The notes: generated by a model from the sequence alone, not told the origin. 64,000 bases of DNA from Gaiellaceae bacterium (GCA_035999905.1 DASYGK010000027.1:11709-75708); one strand, 5' to 3'; counted from the stretch's first letter, positions 1-10,275 are shown. Numbers and translations are program-made.

Positions 1-50
1 ACGTGGTCGGCGCGAAACGGCGGCGAGGTTCGGCGTGACATGTCAACGCG

Positions 51-1421
51 ATGTATAACGCATCCCCGGTGAGCGATCCGGCAGACCTCGGCGTAGGTGA
101 GGCGGGCGCGTCGCTGCGGCGGCGCGAGCTCTCGTCGCTCGAGCTCGTCGACGCGTGCCTCGCTCGGATCCGCGAGCGCGACGGCGCGCAGAGCCACGAA
201 GGAGACCCGGCGTCGGTCAACGCATGGGTGCGCGTGTACGAGGAGGACGCACGCGCCGCCGCCGTGCTCGCAGACGCGCGGCTCGCCGCCGGCGACGCGT
301 CGCCGCTGTGTGGCATCCCGATCGGGCTGAAGGATCTCTACGCCGTCGCCGGCAAGCCGCTCACCGCGTCGAGCCGCGTGCTCGACGACGTGCCCGAGCG
401 CTCGTGCGATGCGTGGGCGCGGCTCGAAGCCGCCGGGATGGTGCTGCTCGGCCATCTGCACACGCACGAGTTCGCCGCCGGCGGGACGACCGACCAGGTC
501 GGCAACCCGTGGGATCTCTCCTGCTCCGCGGGCGGGTCCAGCGGCGGCTCCGCCGCCGCGCTCGCCGCGCGGATGATGCCGGCGGCGACCGGCACCGACA
601 CGGCGGGGTCGCTGCGCATCCCGTCGGCGATCTGCGGCACGTCGACGCTCAAGCCGACGCGCGGCGCTCTGCCGCTGCGCGGCATCGTCCCGCTCGGCAC
701 GACGTTCGACCACCCCGGGCCGATGACGCGAACGCTCGACGACTGCGAGCCGCTCCTCGCCGCGCTCGCCGGCAGCGAGCCGCCGGCGCAGCGCGCGCCC
801 GTGCGCCGCGTCGTCGTCTCGCCGCGCCTCGGGCTCGTCGACCTCGACCCCGACGTCGCCGACGGCTTCGACGTCGCGCTCGACGCACTCCGCGGCCTGG
901 GCGTCGAGCTCGTCGACGCGCCGCCGCCCGACGTCCCCCTCGACCTGGGGCTCACGCTCCTCGACCTCGTCTGCGCCGAGATGCTCGCGTCGCACCGGCG
1001 CTTCGACGACAGGCGCGCGCTCTACCGCCCGTCGATCCGCGGCTTTCTCGAGTACGCGGAAGAGCGCGCGCTGACGGCGGAGGAGTACGCCGCAGCGCAG
1101 ATCCGGCGCACGGAGGACGCGGCCAGGTGGCTCGACTGGTTCGCCGCGAACCGGATCGACGCGGTGGTCGAGCCGACAGTGCCGATCGTCGCGCACGCGC
1201 GCGGCACGGGCTACGACGCGCCGTTCACCGACGTCGCCGAGATCTCGCTCACGCACTACTGGGACTGGACGGGCTTCCCCGTCGCGGCGCTGCCGTCGGG
1301 TGTCGGGCGCCGCAGCGGCCTCCCGGTGGGCGTGTCGCTCGTCGGCCCGTCCGGCTCCGGCTGGGACATGCTCGCTGCCGGCATCGCGCTGCAGGCCGAA
1401 CTGGATACGGTGACGCTGTGA
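51..1421 (+). CDS. Amidase-signature family amidase (GatA-like)
   Basis: 456-aa ORF from ATG 51. It has the GLKDL lysine block and the Gly/Ser-rich GGSSGGSAAALA amidase signature. Confidence 0.85.
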   Translation: MYNASPVSDPADLGVGEAGASLRRRELSSLELVDACLARIRERDGAQSHEGDPASVNAWVRVYEEDARAAAVLADARLAAGDASPLCGIPIGLKDLYAVAGKPLTASSRVLDDVPERSCDAWARLEAAGMVLLGHLHTHEFAAGGTTDQVGNPWDLSCSAGGSSGGSAAALAARMMPAATGTDTAGSLRIPSAICGTSTLKPTRGALPLRGIVPLGTTFDHPGPMTRTLDDCEPLLAALAGSEPPAQRAPVRRVVVSPRLGLVDLDPDVADGFDVALDALRGLGVELVDAPPPDVPLDLGLTLLDLVCAEMLASHRRFDDRRALYRPSIRGFLEYAEERALTAEEYAAAQIRRTEDAARWLDWFAANRIDAVVEPTVPIVAHARGTGYDAPFTDVAEISLTHYWDWTGFPVAALPSGVGRRSGLPVGVSLVGPSGSGWDMLAAGIALQAELDTVTL

Positions 1422-2284
1422 TCGACGTCGACAAGGTCGAGGCGATCGACGTGCACGTCCACGCCGAGATCGCACGCAGCGGCACGGACGGCATGTCGCC
1501 GGAGTTGCGCGCCGCCGCCGCAGAGTACTTCGGCAGCCACGAGGCGCTGCCCACGGTGGACGACGTCGCGGCGTACTACCGCTCGCGGAACATCGCCGCG
1601 GTCGTGTTCACCGTCGACTGGGAGGCGCGCAGCGGCCGACCGGCGATCCCGAACGAGGAGATCGCGCAGGCGGCGGCCGAGAACCCCGACGTGCTCGTCC
1701 CGTTCGCGAGCATCGACCCCGCGCGCGGCGAGGAAGGCGTGCGGCAGGCACGCCGCCTCGTCGAGGAGCACGGCGTGAAGGGCTTCAAGTTCCATCCGAA
1801 CCTGCAGGCGTTCTTTCCGAACGACCGCAGCGCGTACCCGCTCTACGAGGTGATCGCGGCGGCAGGCGTGCCCGCGCTCTTCCACAGCGGCCACAGCGGC
1901 ATCGGCACCGGCATGCCGGGAGGCGGCGGGCTCCGGCTCAAGTACTCGAACCCGATGTGCCTCGACGACGTCGCGGCCGACTTCCCCGAGCTGAAGATCG
2001 TGATCGCGCACCCGTCCTTCCCGTGGCAGGACGAGGCGATCTCGATCTGCCTGCACAAGGCGAACGTCTGGATCGACCTCTCGGGCTGGTCGCCGAAGTA
2101 CTTCCCGCCGACACTCGTCCAGTATGCGAACTCGCAGCTCCGCACGAAGGTGCTCTTCGGCTCCGACTACCCGCTGATCACGCCCGACCGGTGGCTCGCC
2201 GACTTCGAGCAGCTGCCGCTGAAGGACGAGGTGCGCCCCTTGATCCTCAAGGAGAACGCCGCCGCGCTCCTCGGCCTGCGCTGA
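1418..2284 (+). CDS. Amidohydrolase-2 family metal-dependent hydrolase
   Basis: Only the C-terminal 288 codons of track ORF 155..2284 look like protein (VIDVDKVEAIDVHVHAE... HxH motif, FHSGH, IAHPSFPW, FGSDYP). GTG 1418 overlaps the amidase stop (GTGA). The upstream part of that ORF is Arg-rich out-of-frame amidase sequence. Confidence 0.75.
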   Translation: MIDVDKVEAIDVHVHAEIARSGTDGMSPELRAAAAEYFGSHEALPTVDDVAAYYRSRNIAAVVFTVDWEARSGRPAIPNEEIAQAAAENPDVLVPFASIDPARGEEGVRQARRLVEEHGVKGFKFHPNLQAFFPNDRSAYPLYEVIAAAGVPALFHSGHSGIGTGMPGGGGLRLKYSNPMCLDDVAADFPELKIVIAHPSFPWQDEAISICLHKANVWIDLSGWSPKYFPPTLVQYANSQLRTKVLFGSDYPLITPDRWLADFEQLPLKDEVRPLILKENAAALLGLR

Positions 2285-2315
2285 CTTCCCTTCGGGCGCA
2301 ACCACCAATAGTGTT

Positions 2316-5300
2316 TTGCCGGTGACCTTGCTCGTCCCGGTCCGGTTCGCCCTCCTGCGGCTGCGGGCCCACGCGCAGCGGTCGCTCGTCGTCGCCGCCG
2401 GGATCGCGGTCGCGGCGGCCGCGCTCGCGCTCACCGCGGTCGGCTCGGTCGCCGTCCAGGACCGCGCGGCCCAGCGTGCGCTCGCGCAGCTTCAGCCTTC
2501 CGACCGTGCGGTGCAGGCGGTGTGGAGCGGCGTGCCCGGGCAGTCCGACCTCTCGCTGCCGGCGCTCGACCGGATCGCGCGGCGCGCGCTCCGGCCCGTG
2601 CTGCGGCAGGCGCCGTTCGCGGTGACCGTCTTCCGCCAGGCGACCTGGGGCGGCGTCTTCGTCAACCTCGGCGCCGTCGACGGGCTCGCGCGCTGGCTCG
2701 AGCTGCGCAGCGGGCACCTACCCGCGCCGTGCACCCCGACGCACTGCGAGCTCGTGCAGATCGGCGGTGCACCCGCCGCGCCGCACCTCGCGTTCCTCCA
2801 CGTCGTCGGCCGCGCGACGTTCCGGCCCGGCGCGCCGCTCGCGACGTACTTCGCCGCGACGGGCGAGCACCGGCCGCCGATCCTGCTCGCGAACGGCGTG
2901 ATGGGGTTCGCGCACGTCCCGCTCCCGGACGCGTCGGGCATCGCGCGCACGTACGGCTGGATCGTCCCCGTCGCACCGGGCGCGATCCACTCGTGGGACC
3001 TGCCCGGCTTCGGCGCGCGCATCGATCGCGCGCAGAACCAGCTCGAGCAGTCGACCGATCTCTTCAGCGTCTCCGCACCGACGGACGCGATCGCCGCGAC
3101 CCGCGCGACCGGGCGCGTCGCGGGTGAGCGGCTGCTCGTGCTCGGCGGCGACGCCGCCGTCCTGCTGCTCGGGTTCGCAGTGCTCGCGTCGACACGGCTA
3201 CGCCGCGATCACTTCGCGGTGCGCCGCCGGTTGACGTGGTTCGGCGCGCGCCGCTCGCAGATCTTCGCCGTCGCCGCCACCGAAGTCGCAGTGATGACGC
3301 TCGTCGCGAGTGTCGTCGGCTGGGCGGTCGGCTCGGGCGGAGGAGCATTGCTTGCACGCCACCTCGGCGCACCCGGCGCGCTCGCCGTCGAGCACTCGGT
3401 GCTGACGCTGCGCGCACTCGTCATCGGCATCGCACTCGCACTCGTCACGGCCGTCGTCATGCTCGCCGCGCTGCGGATGCAGACGGTGTCGTTCGGCGGG
3501 CTGACGCTGTCGGTCGCAGACGTCGCGGCGCTCGGCGCGCTCGGAGCCGTGCTGCTCGCGCTTGCGCGCGGGAAAGCGGACGCGACCGCGCTCTCGGGCA
3601 GCGGCACCGGCGTCGTGCTCCTGCTCCTCCCGGGGCTGGTGCTCTTCGTCATCGCCGTCGCGGCCGCGCGCCTGCTCGCGCCGTTCCTCCGCGCGCTCGA
3701 GCTCGTGGGCCGGCGTGCGCCCGCGCCCGTGCGGCTCGCACTGCTCTCGCTCGCCCGGTCGCCGGGACGCGTGCTGCTCTCCGTCGTCTTCTTCGTCCTC
3801 AGCGTCGGCATCGCGCTCTTCGCGATCGCGTACCGCGCGACGCTCGTCCGCGGGGAGCAGGAGCAGGCGCGTTACGCGGTGCCCGCGCCGTTCGTCCTGC
3901 AGGAGAGCCTCGAGCGGCTCGTCACCGTTCAGCAGGCGGCGACGCCCGCGCAGTACGCCGCGCTCGGCCGCGCCACGCCGGTGCTGCGCGACACGGGCTT
4001 CGCGAGCGGAGGCACCGGCCTCGACTTCACGCTCGTTGCGCTGCCCGCCGCCGCGCTCCCCGGGATCGACGGCTGGCGCTCCGACTTCTCTGCGCAATCC
4101 CGGGCCTCGCTCGCACGCCTGCTCACGCCCGCCGCGCGGCCCTCGCTGCGCGGGCCGACGCTGCCTCGCGGCGCGACCCGCGTGACGCTGCCGGCGACCG
4201 TGACCGGCGACTCGCTCGGTCTGACACTCGTCGTCGAGAACACGCGCGGCGACTTCACCTTCATCTCGTTCGGGCAGCTCGGCCACGGACGGCATGCGCC
4301 GTCCGCCGCGGTACCGGACGCCGCGCGCGGCGGCCGCGTCGTCGCGTTGCGGCTGTCGTTCCCCGTGATCGCGGCATTCGTCGCCGGGCACAAGGAGAGC
4401 GGCACCGGTCTCTCGGTCTCCGACGCATCCACCGGCGTGTTGCAGCTCGGCACCTTGCGTGCCGGCGACGCGAGCCTGTCGCTCGCCCGATGGACGGGCC
4501 ACGGCGGCGTGCGGAACGACGCCGGGCGCGTGCACTACCTGCTGAATCGCGCGGCCGACTCGGTTCTCCGGCCGGCGGAGCCGCTCGAAGGCGTCCCCGT
4601 GCCCGTCGTCGCGTCGCCCGCGATCGCGCGCGCGGCCGGTGCCGGCGGGATCCTGCCGCTGCACGTCGGCGACCGCACCGTGGAGGCGCAGGTCGTCGCC
4701 GTCGCGCGCTCGTTCCCGTCCGTCGACGGAGGCCTCGTCGTCGCCGATCTCGACACGTGGCTCACGGCGGCGAACACGGTCGAGCCCGGCACGACGACGT
4801 CGAGCGAGCTCTGGCTCGACGCGCCGCCGTCCGCGGCATCGCGACTCGCACAGAGGCCCTTCTCGCTGCTCGACGTCGCGTCGCAGCACGCAACGGAGGC
4901 GGAGCTCCGCGGCGACCCGCTCGCGCGCGGCGCACTCGCGCTGCTGCTCGTCACGGGGATCGTCGCGCTCGCGCTCGCCGCCGTCGGCGTGCTGCTCACG
5001 GTCGTCGGCGACCTTCGCGACGAGAGCGGGGAGCTCTTCGACCTCGAGGCGCAGGGCGCGACGCCGGGAGACCTGCGCAGGCATCTGCTGCTGCGCGCGG
5101 CGCTCGTCGCGGTGCTCGGGCTCGCGGGCGGCCTTGCCGCCGGCGCGATCGTCAGCGCGCTCGTCGTCGCGGTCGTGACCGTGACGGCAGGAGCGGGCGT
5201 CGCGCTGCCGCCGCTCGAGCTCGTCTACGACCGCCGGCTCGTCGTCCTGGCGCTCGTCGTGCTCGCGGTCGCCTCTGCGCTCGGCGCGCTCGCGGCGACG

Positions 5301-5354
5301 CACCGGGCCTACGAGCGCGTGTCGCGGTGGCGCTTCTCGGAGGGGATCGAGTGA
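2316..5354 (+). CDS. FtsX/MacB-type ABC transporter permease, two fused FtsX units (about 10 TM, two large extracytoplasmic domains)
   Basis: 1012-aa ORF with the pattern TM, ~250-aa soluble domain, 3 TM, then more TMs, ~350-aa soluble domain, 3 TM. The stop overlaps the ATPase start. The start is uncertain (TTG 2316 or GTG 2322). Confidence 0.75.
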   Translation: MPVTLLVPVRFALLRLRAHAQRSLVVAAGIAVAAAALALTAVGSVAVQDRAAQRALAQLQPSDRAVQAVWSGVPGQSDLSLPALDRIARRALRPVLRQAPFAVTVFRQATWGGVFVNLGAVDGLARWLELRSGHLPAPCTPTHCELVQIGGAPAAPHLAFLHVVGRATFRPGAPLATYFAATGEHRPPILLANGVMGFAHVPLPDASGIARTYGWIVPVAPGAIHSWDLPGFGARIDRAQNQLEQSTDLFSVSAPTDAIAATRATGRVAGERLLVLGGDAAVLLLGFAVLASTRLRRDHFAVRRRLTWFGARRSQIFAVAATEVAVMTLVASVVGWAVGSGGGALLARHLGAPGALAVEHSVLTLRALVIGIALALVTAVVMLAALRMQTVSFGGLTLSVADVAALGALGAVLLALARGKADATALSGSGTGVVLLLLPGLVLFVIAVAAARLLAPFLRALELVGRRAPAPVRLALLSLARSPGRVLLSVVFFVLSVGIALFAIAYRATLVRGEQEQARYAVPAPFVLQESLERLVTVQQAATPAQYAALGRATPVLRDTGFASGGTGLDFTLVALPAAALPGIDGWRSDFSAQSRASLARLLTPAARPSLRGPTLPRGATRVTLPATVTGDSLGLTLVVENTRGDFTFISFGQLGHGRHAPSAAVPDAARGGRVVALRLSFPVIAAFVAGHKESGTGLSVSDASTGVLQLGTLRAGDASLSLARWTGHGGVRNDAGRVHYLLNRAADSVLRPAEPLEGVPVPVVASPAIARAAGAGGILPLHVGDRTVEAQVVAVARSFPSVDGGLVVADLDTWLTAANTVEPGTTTSSELWLDAPPSAASRLAQRPFSLLDVASQHATEAELRGDPLARGALALLLVTGIVALALAAVGVLLTVVGDLRDESGELFDLEAQGATPGDLRRHLLLRAALVAVLGLAGGLAAGAIVSALVVAVVTVTAGAGVALPPLELVYDRRLVVLALVVLAVASALGALAATHRAYERVSRWRFSEGIE

Positions 5355-6877
5355 ACGCGGTCGAGGCAGTCGATCTCTTCCGCATCTACGCGACGGCCGA
5401 GGGGACGTCGGTCGCCCTGCAGGGCCTGTCTCTCGACGTCGCGGAAGGAGAGCTCGTCGTCGTGTTCGGGCCGAGCGGCTCCGGCAAGAGCACGCTGCTG
5501 CGGATCCTCGCGGGGCTCGACCGTCCGTCGGCCGGGACGGTGCGCGTGCTCGAGCACGACCTGCGCACGCTCCGCGGACGCGCGCTCGTCGAGTACCGCT
5601 CGCGCACGCTCGGCTACGCGGACCAGCACTACACGCGTGCGCTCGCTCCGGAGCTGACGGCGCGCGAGCTCGTCGGGCTGCGCCTCGGCCTGCTCGGCGA
5701 GCCGGCGCCGGAGCGGGAGCGCGCAGCGGACGCGCTGCTCGAACGCGTCGGTCTGCTCGATCGTCGCGACGCGCATCCGGGTGAGCTCTCCGGCGGGCAG
5801 CAGCAGCGCGTCGCGATCTGCGCTGCGCTCGCGCACCGGCCGAAGCTCTTCATCGCCGACGAGCCGACGGGCGAGCTCGACGCTGCGAACGCGTCGCAGA
5901 TCTACGCGCTCGTGCGCGACCTCTCGCGCGAGGCGGGCGCGACGACGATCGTCGTCAGCCACGATCCGCAGTCGGCCGCGGTCGCGGACCGCGTCGTGCA
6001 GATCCGCGACGGGCGCGTGAGCGGCGAGAGCCGGAGCGGAGGAGCGGTCGAGGCGGTCGTCAACCGCGGCGGCTGGATCCGGCTGCCGGAAGAGCTCGTC
6101 GGCGACGCGGCGCGTGCACGCGTCGAGCCGGCCGAGGGCGGCATCCTCGTACGCGTCGCCGAGCGCGCGGCGGCGCCGCGTCCGGCTGTACAGCCCGCGC
6201 TCGCGACAGGCGCCGTCGTCGCGGAGACACGCCTGCTCGGGAAGGTGCACGGGAGCGGCGCGCACGCAACCGAGGTCTTCCGCGAGCTCAGCATCGGCTT
6301 CGCGGCAGGGCGGCTGTCGGCCGTCACCGGTCCGTCCGGCTCCGGCAAGTCGACGCTCCTGCATCTCCTCGCGGGCCTCGACCTGCCGACGACGGGCGAG
6401 GTGCTCGTCGCCGGCACGGCGATCTCGGCGCTCGACGCGACCGGCCGCGCGCGGCTGCGCCGCTCGCAGATCGGGCTCGTCACGCAGGGAACCGATCTCG
6501 TCCCGTTCCTCGGTGCGCAGGAGAGCATCGAGCTCGCGCTCGCGCTCCGCGGCGTCGCGCGTGCCGACGCGACCGCGCGCGCGGCGAGCGCACTCGCGGA
6601 CGTCGGGCTCGCGGAGCTCGCGGGCCAGCGTGTCGCGCGGCTCTCGATGGGCGAGCGCCAGCGCGTCGCACTCGCGCGCGCGCTCGCTGCTCGGCCCGTG
6701 CTGCTGCTCGCAGACGAGCCGACGGCTCGGCTCGACGAGGCGAACGCGCGCGCCGTCGGCGCACTCTTCGCCGAGCTCGCCTCGCGTACGGAGACGGCGA
6801 TCGTGTGCGCGACGCACGATCCCGCGTTGATCGAGCATGCGGCGAGCGAGGTCGTCCTCGCTACCGTTGCCGCGTGA
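5351..6877 (+). CDS. ABC transporter ATP-binding protein with two fused nucleotide-binding domains
   Basis: Tail of track ORF 3236..6877 from GTG 5351 (GTGA overlap). It has two Walker A motifs (GPSGSGKST twice). Signature 1 is LSGGQQQR and signature 2 is the degenerate LSMGERQR. Walker B motifs are [11 protein letters not shown] and [11 protein letters not shown]. Confidence 0.85.
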   Translation: MNAVEAVDLFRIYATAEGTSVALQGLSLDVAEGELVVVFGPSGSGKSTLLRILAGLDRPSAGTVRVLEHDLRTLRGRALVEYRSRTLGYADQHYTRALAPELTARELVGLRLGLLGEPAPERERAADALLERVGLLDRRDAHPGELSGGQQQRVAICAALAHRPKLFIADEPTGELDAANASQIYALVRDLSREAGATTIVVSHDPQSAAVADRVVQIRDGRVSGESRSGGAVEAVVNRGGWIRLPEELVGDAARARVEPAEGGILVRVAERAAAPRPAVQPALATGAVVAETRLLGKVHGSGAHATEVFRELSIGFAAGRLSAVTGPSGSGKSTLLHLLAGLDLPTTGEVLVAGTAISALDATGRARLRRSQIGLVTQGTDLVPFLGAQESIELALALRGVARADATARAASALADVGLAELAGQRVARLSMGERQRVALARALAARPVLLLADEPTARLDEANARAVGALFAELASRTETAIVCATHDPALIEHAASEVVLATVAA

Positions 6878-7293
6878 GCCACCCGAGCGTCGACCTTCTC
6901 CTGCGCGGATATCGCGCGTTCGTCTCGGGCGACCTCGACGCGATCGAGAGCATGCTCGACCCCGAGGTGGAGTGGGTCGGGATCGGAGCGGTCGCGGGCA
7001 CGGCCGACCGCGCGGACGTGCTCGAGATCCTGCGCGACCGCCTCGCAGAGGCGTACTCCGTGACGCTCGACCGCTGCATCGGGATCGGCGACAGGGTCGT
7101 CGTGAGCATGCGCTTCTCGCGTACCGAGCCCGATCCGACCGACGACCGGCCGCTGCAGTCGCGCCGCACGTACCACGTCGGTCGCTACGCCGCGATCGTC
7201 ACGACCCGTGACGGTCATGTCGTGCGGGTCGACGAGCATCCGAGCCTTGCAGCCGCGCTCGAGGCCGCCGGCGTCGACGACGAGGTCGCGTGA
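6874..7293 (+). CDS. SnoaL-like / NTF2-fold small protein
   Basis: GTG 6874 overlaps the ATPase stop (GTGA). The product is ~139 aa, beginning [34 protein letters not shown], which is typical of the SnoaL/NTF2-like family. Function unknown. Confidence 0.55.
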   Translation: MSHPSVDLLLRGYRAFVSGDLDAIESMLDPEVEWVGIGAVAGTADRADVLEILRDRLAEAYSVTLDRCIGIGDRVVVSMRFSRTEPDPTDDRPLQSRRTYHVGRYAAIVTTRDGHVVRVDEHPSLAAALEAAGVDDEVA

Positions 7294-7892
7294 CGCGCGT
7301 TCTCGTCACCGGCTTCGAGCCGTTCGGCGGGAGCGGCGTCAATCCGTCGCAGCGCATCGTCGAGGCGCTCGCCGCTGCGCCGCCGCCGGGCGTCGAGCTC
7401 GCGACGGCCGTGCTTCCCGTCGCCTATGCCCGCACGGCGGACGCGCTCCGCGATGCGGTGCGTTCCGCGGACGCCGGCGTCGTGATCTGCTTCGGCCAGG
7501 CGGACGGGCGCACGGGCATCTCCGTCGAGCGGTTCGCACACAACCTCGACTCCGCCGACCCGGTCGACAACGACGGCGCCGTGTCGGGCGCGGAGATCGA
7601 CCCGGCCGGCCCGGTCGCGTACCGCTCGACCCTGCCGGTGGACGCGATCGTCGCTGCGCTGCGCGCCGAGGGCATTCCCGCCGCGGAGTCGCGGGACGCA
7701 GGCGGATTCCTCTGTAACCACGTCTTCTACGTGCTCATGCGGCTGCTCGTGGAGGAGCGGCCCAGCGCGGCCGGCGGCTTCGTCCACGTGCCGCTCCTGC
7801 CGGAGCAGGCGGTCGAGAAGCCGGCCGCGACGATGCCCCTCGAGCTGCTCGTCCGCGCGGCGCACGTCGTCGTCCGCACCGCGGCTGGTTAG
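7290..7892 (+). CDS. pcp: Pyroglutamyl-peptidase I (pyrrolidone-carboxylate peptidase)
   Basis: 200 aa. The N-terminus VLVTGFEPFGG...NPS and the GGFLCNHVFY cysteine block are characteristic of Pcp. GTG 7290 overlaps the preceding stop. Confidence 0.85.
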   Translation: MTRVLVTGFEPFGGSGVNPSQRIVEALAAAPPPGVELATAVLPVAYARTADALRDAVRSADAGVVICFGQADGRTGISVERFAHNLDSADPVDNDGAVSGAEIDPAGPVAYRSTLPVDAIVAALRAEGIPAAESRDAGGFLCNHVFYVLMRLLVEERPSAAGGFVHVPLLPEQAVEKPAATMPLELLVRAAHVVVRTAAG

Positions 7893-7901
7893 ATTCCCGG
7901 C

Positions 7902-8834
7902 GTGCGTGCTGCGCAGATCGCAGAGCTCGGAGCGGCGCCCGAGCCGGCCGAGCTCCCCGAGCCGGAAGCAGGCGACGGCGAGACGCTCGTGGACGTCGTC
8001 GCGGTCGCGCTCAACCCGCTCGACGTGACGGTCGGCGCCGGGCGCTTCTACGGCGGGCATCCGCCGCTGCCATATGCGCCCGGCTGCGAGGCCGTCGGCC
8101 GCCTCGGGGACGGCGCTCTCGCGTATCTCTTCGGCGACGGCCGCGGCGTCGGCAGGCCGGGATTCCTCGCCGAGCGCGTCGCGGTCCCCGACGACCTGCC
8201 GCTCCGTCTGCCGACAGGCGCCGACCCGGCGCTCGCCGCCGCGGCCGGGATCGCCGGGATCGCAGCCTGGGTCCCGGTCGCCTGGAAGGCCGAGGTCGGC
8301 CCCGGCGACCGCGTGCTCGTGCTCGGCGCGAGCGGCGCGGTCGGGCTCGTGGCGATCCAGGCCGCGAAGCTCCGCGGTGCGGAGCGCGTCGTCGCCGCCG
8401 GCCGCGACGTCGCCCGCCTCGCGCGCGCCGGGGAGCTCGGCGCCGACGAGCTCGTCGAGCTCGGCGACGCGGATGCGCTCGCGGCGGCGTTCGGCGGCGA
8501 CGGCTTCACCGTCTGCATCGACCCGGTCTGGGGCGAGCCGCTCGCACAAGCGCTCGCTGCGGCGGCGCGCCACGCGCGCGTCGTGCACATCGGGCAGTCC
8601 GCGGGCCCGGAGTCGCCGCTCCGCTCCGCCGACGTGCGCGGCAAGGAGCTGCGCATCCTCGGACATTCGAACTTCGCGCTCACGGCGGAGGAGCGCGCAC
8701 GCGCGCACCTCGAGCTGCTCGAGCACGTCGCCGCGGGCCGCATCGTGATCGACCTCGAGCGCTTCCGGCTCGAGCGCGTCGGCGACGCGTGGGCGCACCA
8801 GCGCTCCGGGCGCAAGGCGATCGTCGAGCTCTGA
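7902..8834 (+). CDS. Zinc-type/quinone oxidoreductase (medium-chain dehydrogenase/reductase family)
   Basis: 310 aa. It has an MDR N-terminal GroES-like region (VAVALNPLDV, PYAPGCEAVG) and the Rossmann motif LVLGASGAVG. Confidence 0.8.
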   Translation: MRAAQIAELGAAPEPAELPEPEAGDGETLVDVVAVALNPLDVTVGAGRFYGGHPPLPYAPGCEAVGRLGDGALAYLFGDGRGVGRPGFLAERVAVPDDLPLRLPTGADPALAAAAGIAGIAAWVPVAWKAEVGPGDRVLVLGASGAVGLVAIQAAKLRGAERVVAAGRDVARLARAGELGADELVELGDADALAAAFGGDGFTVCIDPVWGEPLAQALAAAARHARVVHIGQSAGPESPLRSADVRGKELRILGHSNFALTAEERARAHLELLEHVAAGRIVIDLERFRLERVGDAWAHQRSGRKAIVEL

Positions 8835-8840
8835 GACGGT

Positions 8841-8864
8841 GCAGGCCCCGTCGCCGGGGCCCGC
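8841..8864. terminator. Candidate bidirectional hairpin between convergent genes
   Basis: GGCCCCG (8844-8850), loop tcgc, CGGGGCC (8855-8861) form a perfect 7-bp GC stem, extendable by 2 bp. It lies between the stop at 8834 (+) and the stop at 8876 (-). There is no U-tract. Confidence 0.4.
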
Positions 8865-8875
8865 ATCGGCGTGGA

Positions 8876-10258
8876 TCAGATCTTGCCGCGGGCCTGCCAG
8901 CTCGCGTAGATCTGGTTCACCTGCTGAGCCGTCGCCTTCACGGAATCGGCGGCGCTCATCTTCCCCTGCGAGACCTGCGCGAACATCTGCGGGATGAGGT
9001 ACTTCGAGAACACCTCGTCCATCGCGGCGTTCGTCGTGCCCGGATAGCCGATGTTGTGCGTGTACTTTTCGGCGATCGTCGTGAGGATCGTGTACTTCCC
9101 GTGCGGGGGATGGGTGTCCGCGGCGGCAGCCTTGCGGATCTGCTTGAACGGATACGCACCCGGGAAGCTCGGGAAGTTGTAGAGCTGCGAGGCGTTCGTC
9201 GCGTCCTTACCGGCCACGCACAGGTCGACGAGGAACTGCATCGCATTCTCCTGGTTCTGCGCGAACTTCCAGATCGAGTAGCAGCCCATCACGTGCTCGA
9301 GCCCCAGGCGTCCGTGCGGCCCGTTCGGGATCGGCCAGATCCAGAGGTCCTTCGAGAACGGCAGGTTCTGCGCCTCGGGCGTGCGTGTCGCCGAGATCGC
9401 GTTGAGGATCATCGATGCCGTCCCCGAGTAGAGGTAGTTGTTGTTCGACGCCGGGTTCCAGCCGAAGATCGCCGCGTCCTCGCTGCTCGAGTAGAGGTCG
9501 GCCATGAACTTCACGGCCTCGACGGTGGTCTTCGTGTTCAGCGTCGGACGGTTGTGCTCGTTCTGGACGAACGCGCCGAAGCACATCATGAACGCGAGCA
9601 GCGCCATGTTCGAGTCGAGCTCCTGCGACTGCCCGATCCCGATCGGATGGCCGAGCGCCTTCAGCTTCGGTCCCGCCTTGCGCACGTGGTCCCACGTGAA
9701 CGGCGCCTCGCCGATGCCGTTCCAGAGATCGTGACGCCAGATCACCGGGTCGGGCACGTAGTTGTCGGACACCGCGAAGTACTTCTTCGTCTTCGGGTTG
9801 TACGTCGACAGCTTGCCGAGCGCACCGTACGGGCCGACCTTCTTCTGGATCTCCTGGACGATCGGCGCGTGATTGATCACCTGGTCCTCGTACGAGGCCA
9901 TCGGGTGGAGGTTCATGAACAGGTCGTGTCCGCTCTGGGCGGCGACCTCCGCGGCCGCACGCGTGTCGAGCAGCGTGTTGTTGATGTGCTCGACGTTGAC
10001 CTGCACGTCGTTCTTCTCGCCCCACTGCTTCACGAACGTGTTGTCGAACCAGTCGTCGTAGCTCGGGACGAAGTGGACCCACTGGATGATCGAGAGGTTC
10101 CCCTTGAGCCAGCGGCCCTTGTAGCGCATGGGCCCCGCGAACGAGAGCGGCGCCGTCGCCCCGGAAACCCCGAGCGCAGCGGCACCGACGCCCGCTTTCT
10201 TGACGAGGTCACGCCTGGTGAGGCGCTTCCCCTCGATCCTGCCCTTCCCTTCCGGCAT
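8876..10258 (-). CDS. Sugar ABC transporter substrate-binding protein (family 1 extracellular solute-binding protein, Tat-type signal)
   Basis: Last 460 codons of track ORF 8876..11095, starting at ATG 10258. The N-terminus MPEGKGRIEGKRLTRRDLVKKAGVGAAALG looks like a twin-arginine signal. The remainder is typical of solute-binding proteins (rich in W/Y/N/K, lower GC). Confidence 0.85.
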   Translation of the reverse strand: MPEGKGRIEGKRLTRRDLVKKAGVGAAALGVSGATAPLSFAGPMRYKGRWLKGNLSIIQWVHFVPSYDDWFDNTFVKQWGEKNDVQVNVEHINNTLLDTRAAAEVAAQSGHDLFMNLHPMASYEDQVINHAPIVQEIQKKVGPYGALGKLSTYNPKTKKYFAVSDNYVPDPVIWRHDLWNGIGEAPFTWDHVRKAGPKLKALGHPIGIGQSQELDSNMALLAFMMCFGAFVQNEHNRPTLNTKTTVEAVKFMADLYSSSEDAAIFGWNPASNNNYLYSGTASMILNAISATRTPEAQNLPFSKDLWIWPIPNGPHGRLGLEHVMGCYSIWKFAQNQENAMQFLVDLCVAGKDATNASQLYNFPSFPGAYPFKQIRKAAAADTHPPHGKYTILTTIAEKYTHNIGYPGTTNAAMDEVFSKYLIPQMFAQVSQGKMSAADSVKATAQQVNQIYASWQARGKI

Positions 10259-10275
10259 GCATCCTCCCTTCGAGG

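Noticed and set aside
155-1417. N-terminal 420 codons of the 709-aa track ORF 155..2284
   Set aside because: It is an Arg/Ala-rich translation (RRRA..., RARR...) lying out of frame over the well-supported amidase gene. Only the part from GTG 1418 has amidohydrolase-like sequence.
3236-5350. First ~700 codons of the 1213-aa track ORF 3236..6877
   Set aside because: It is a low-complexity Arg/Ala/Pro/Gly translation overlapping the FtsX permease frame. Genuine ABC ATPase sequence begins at GTG 5351.
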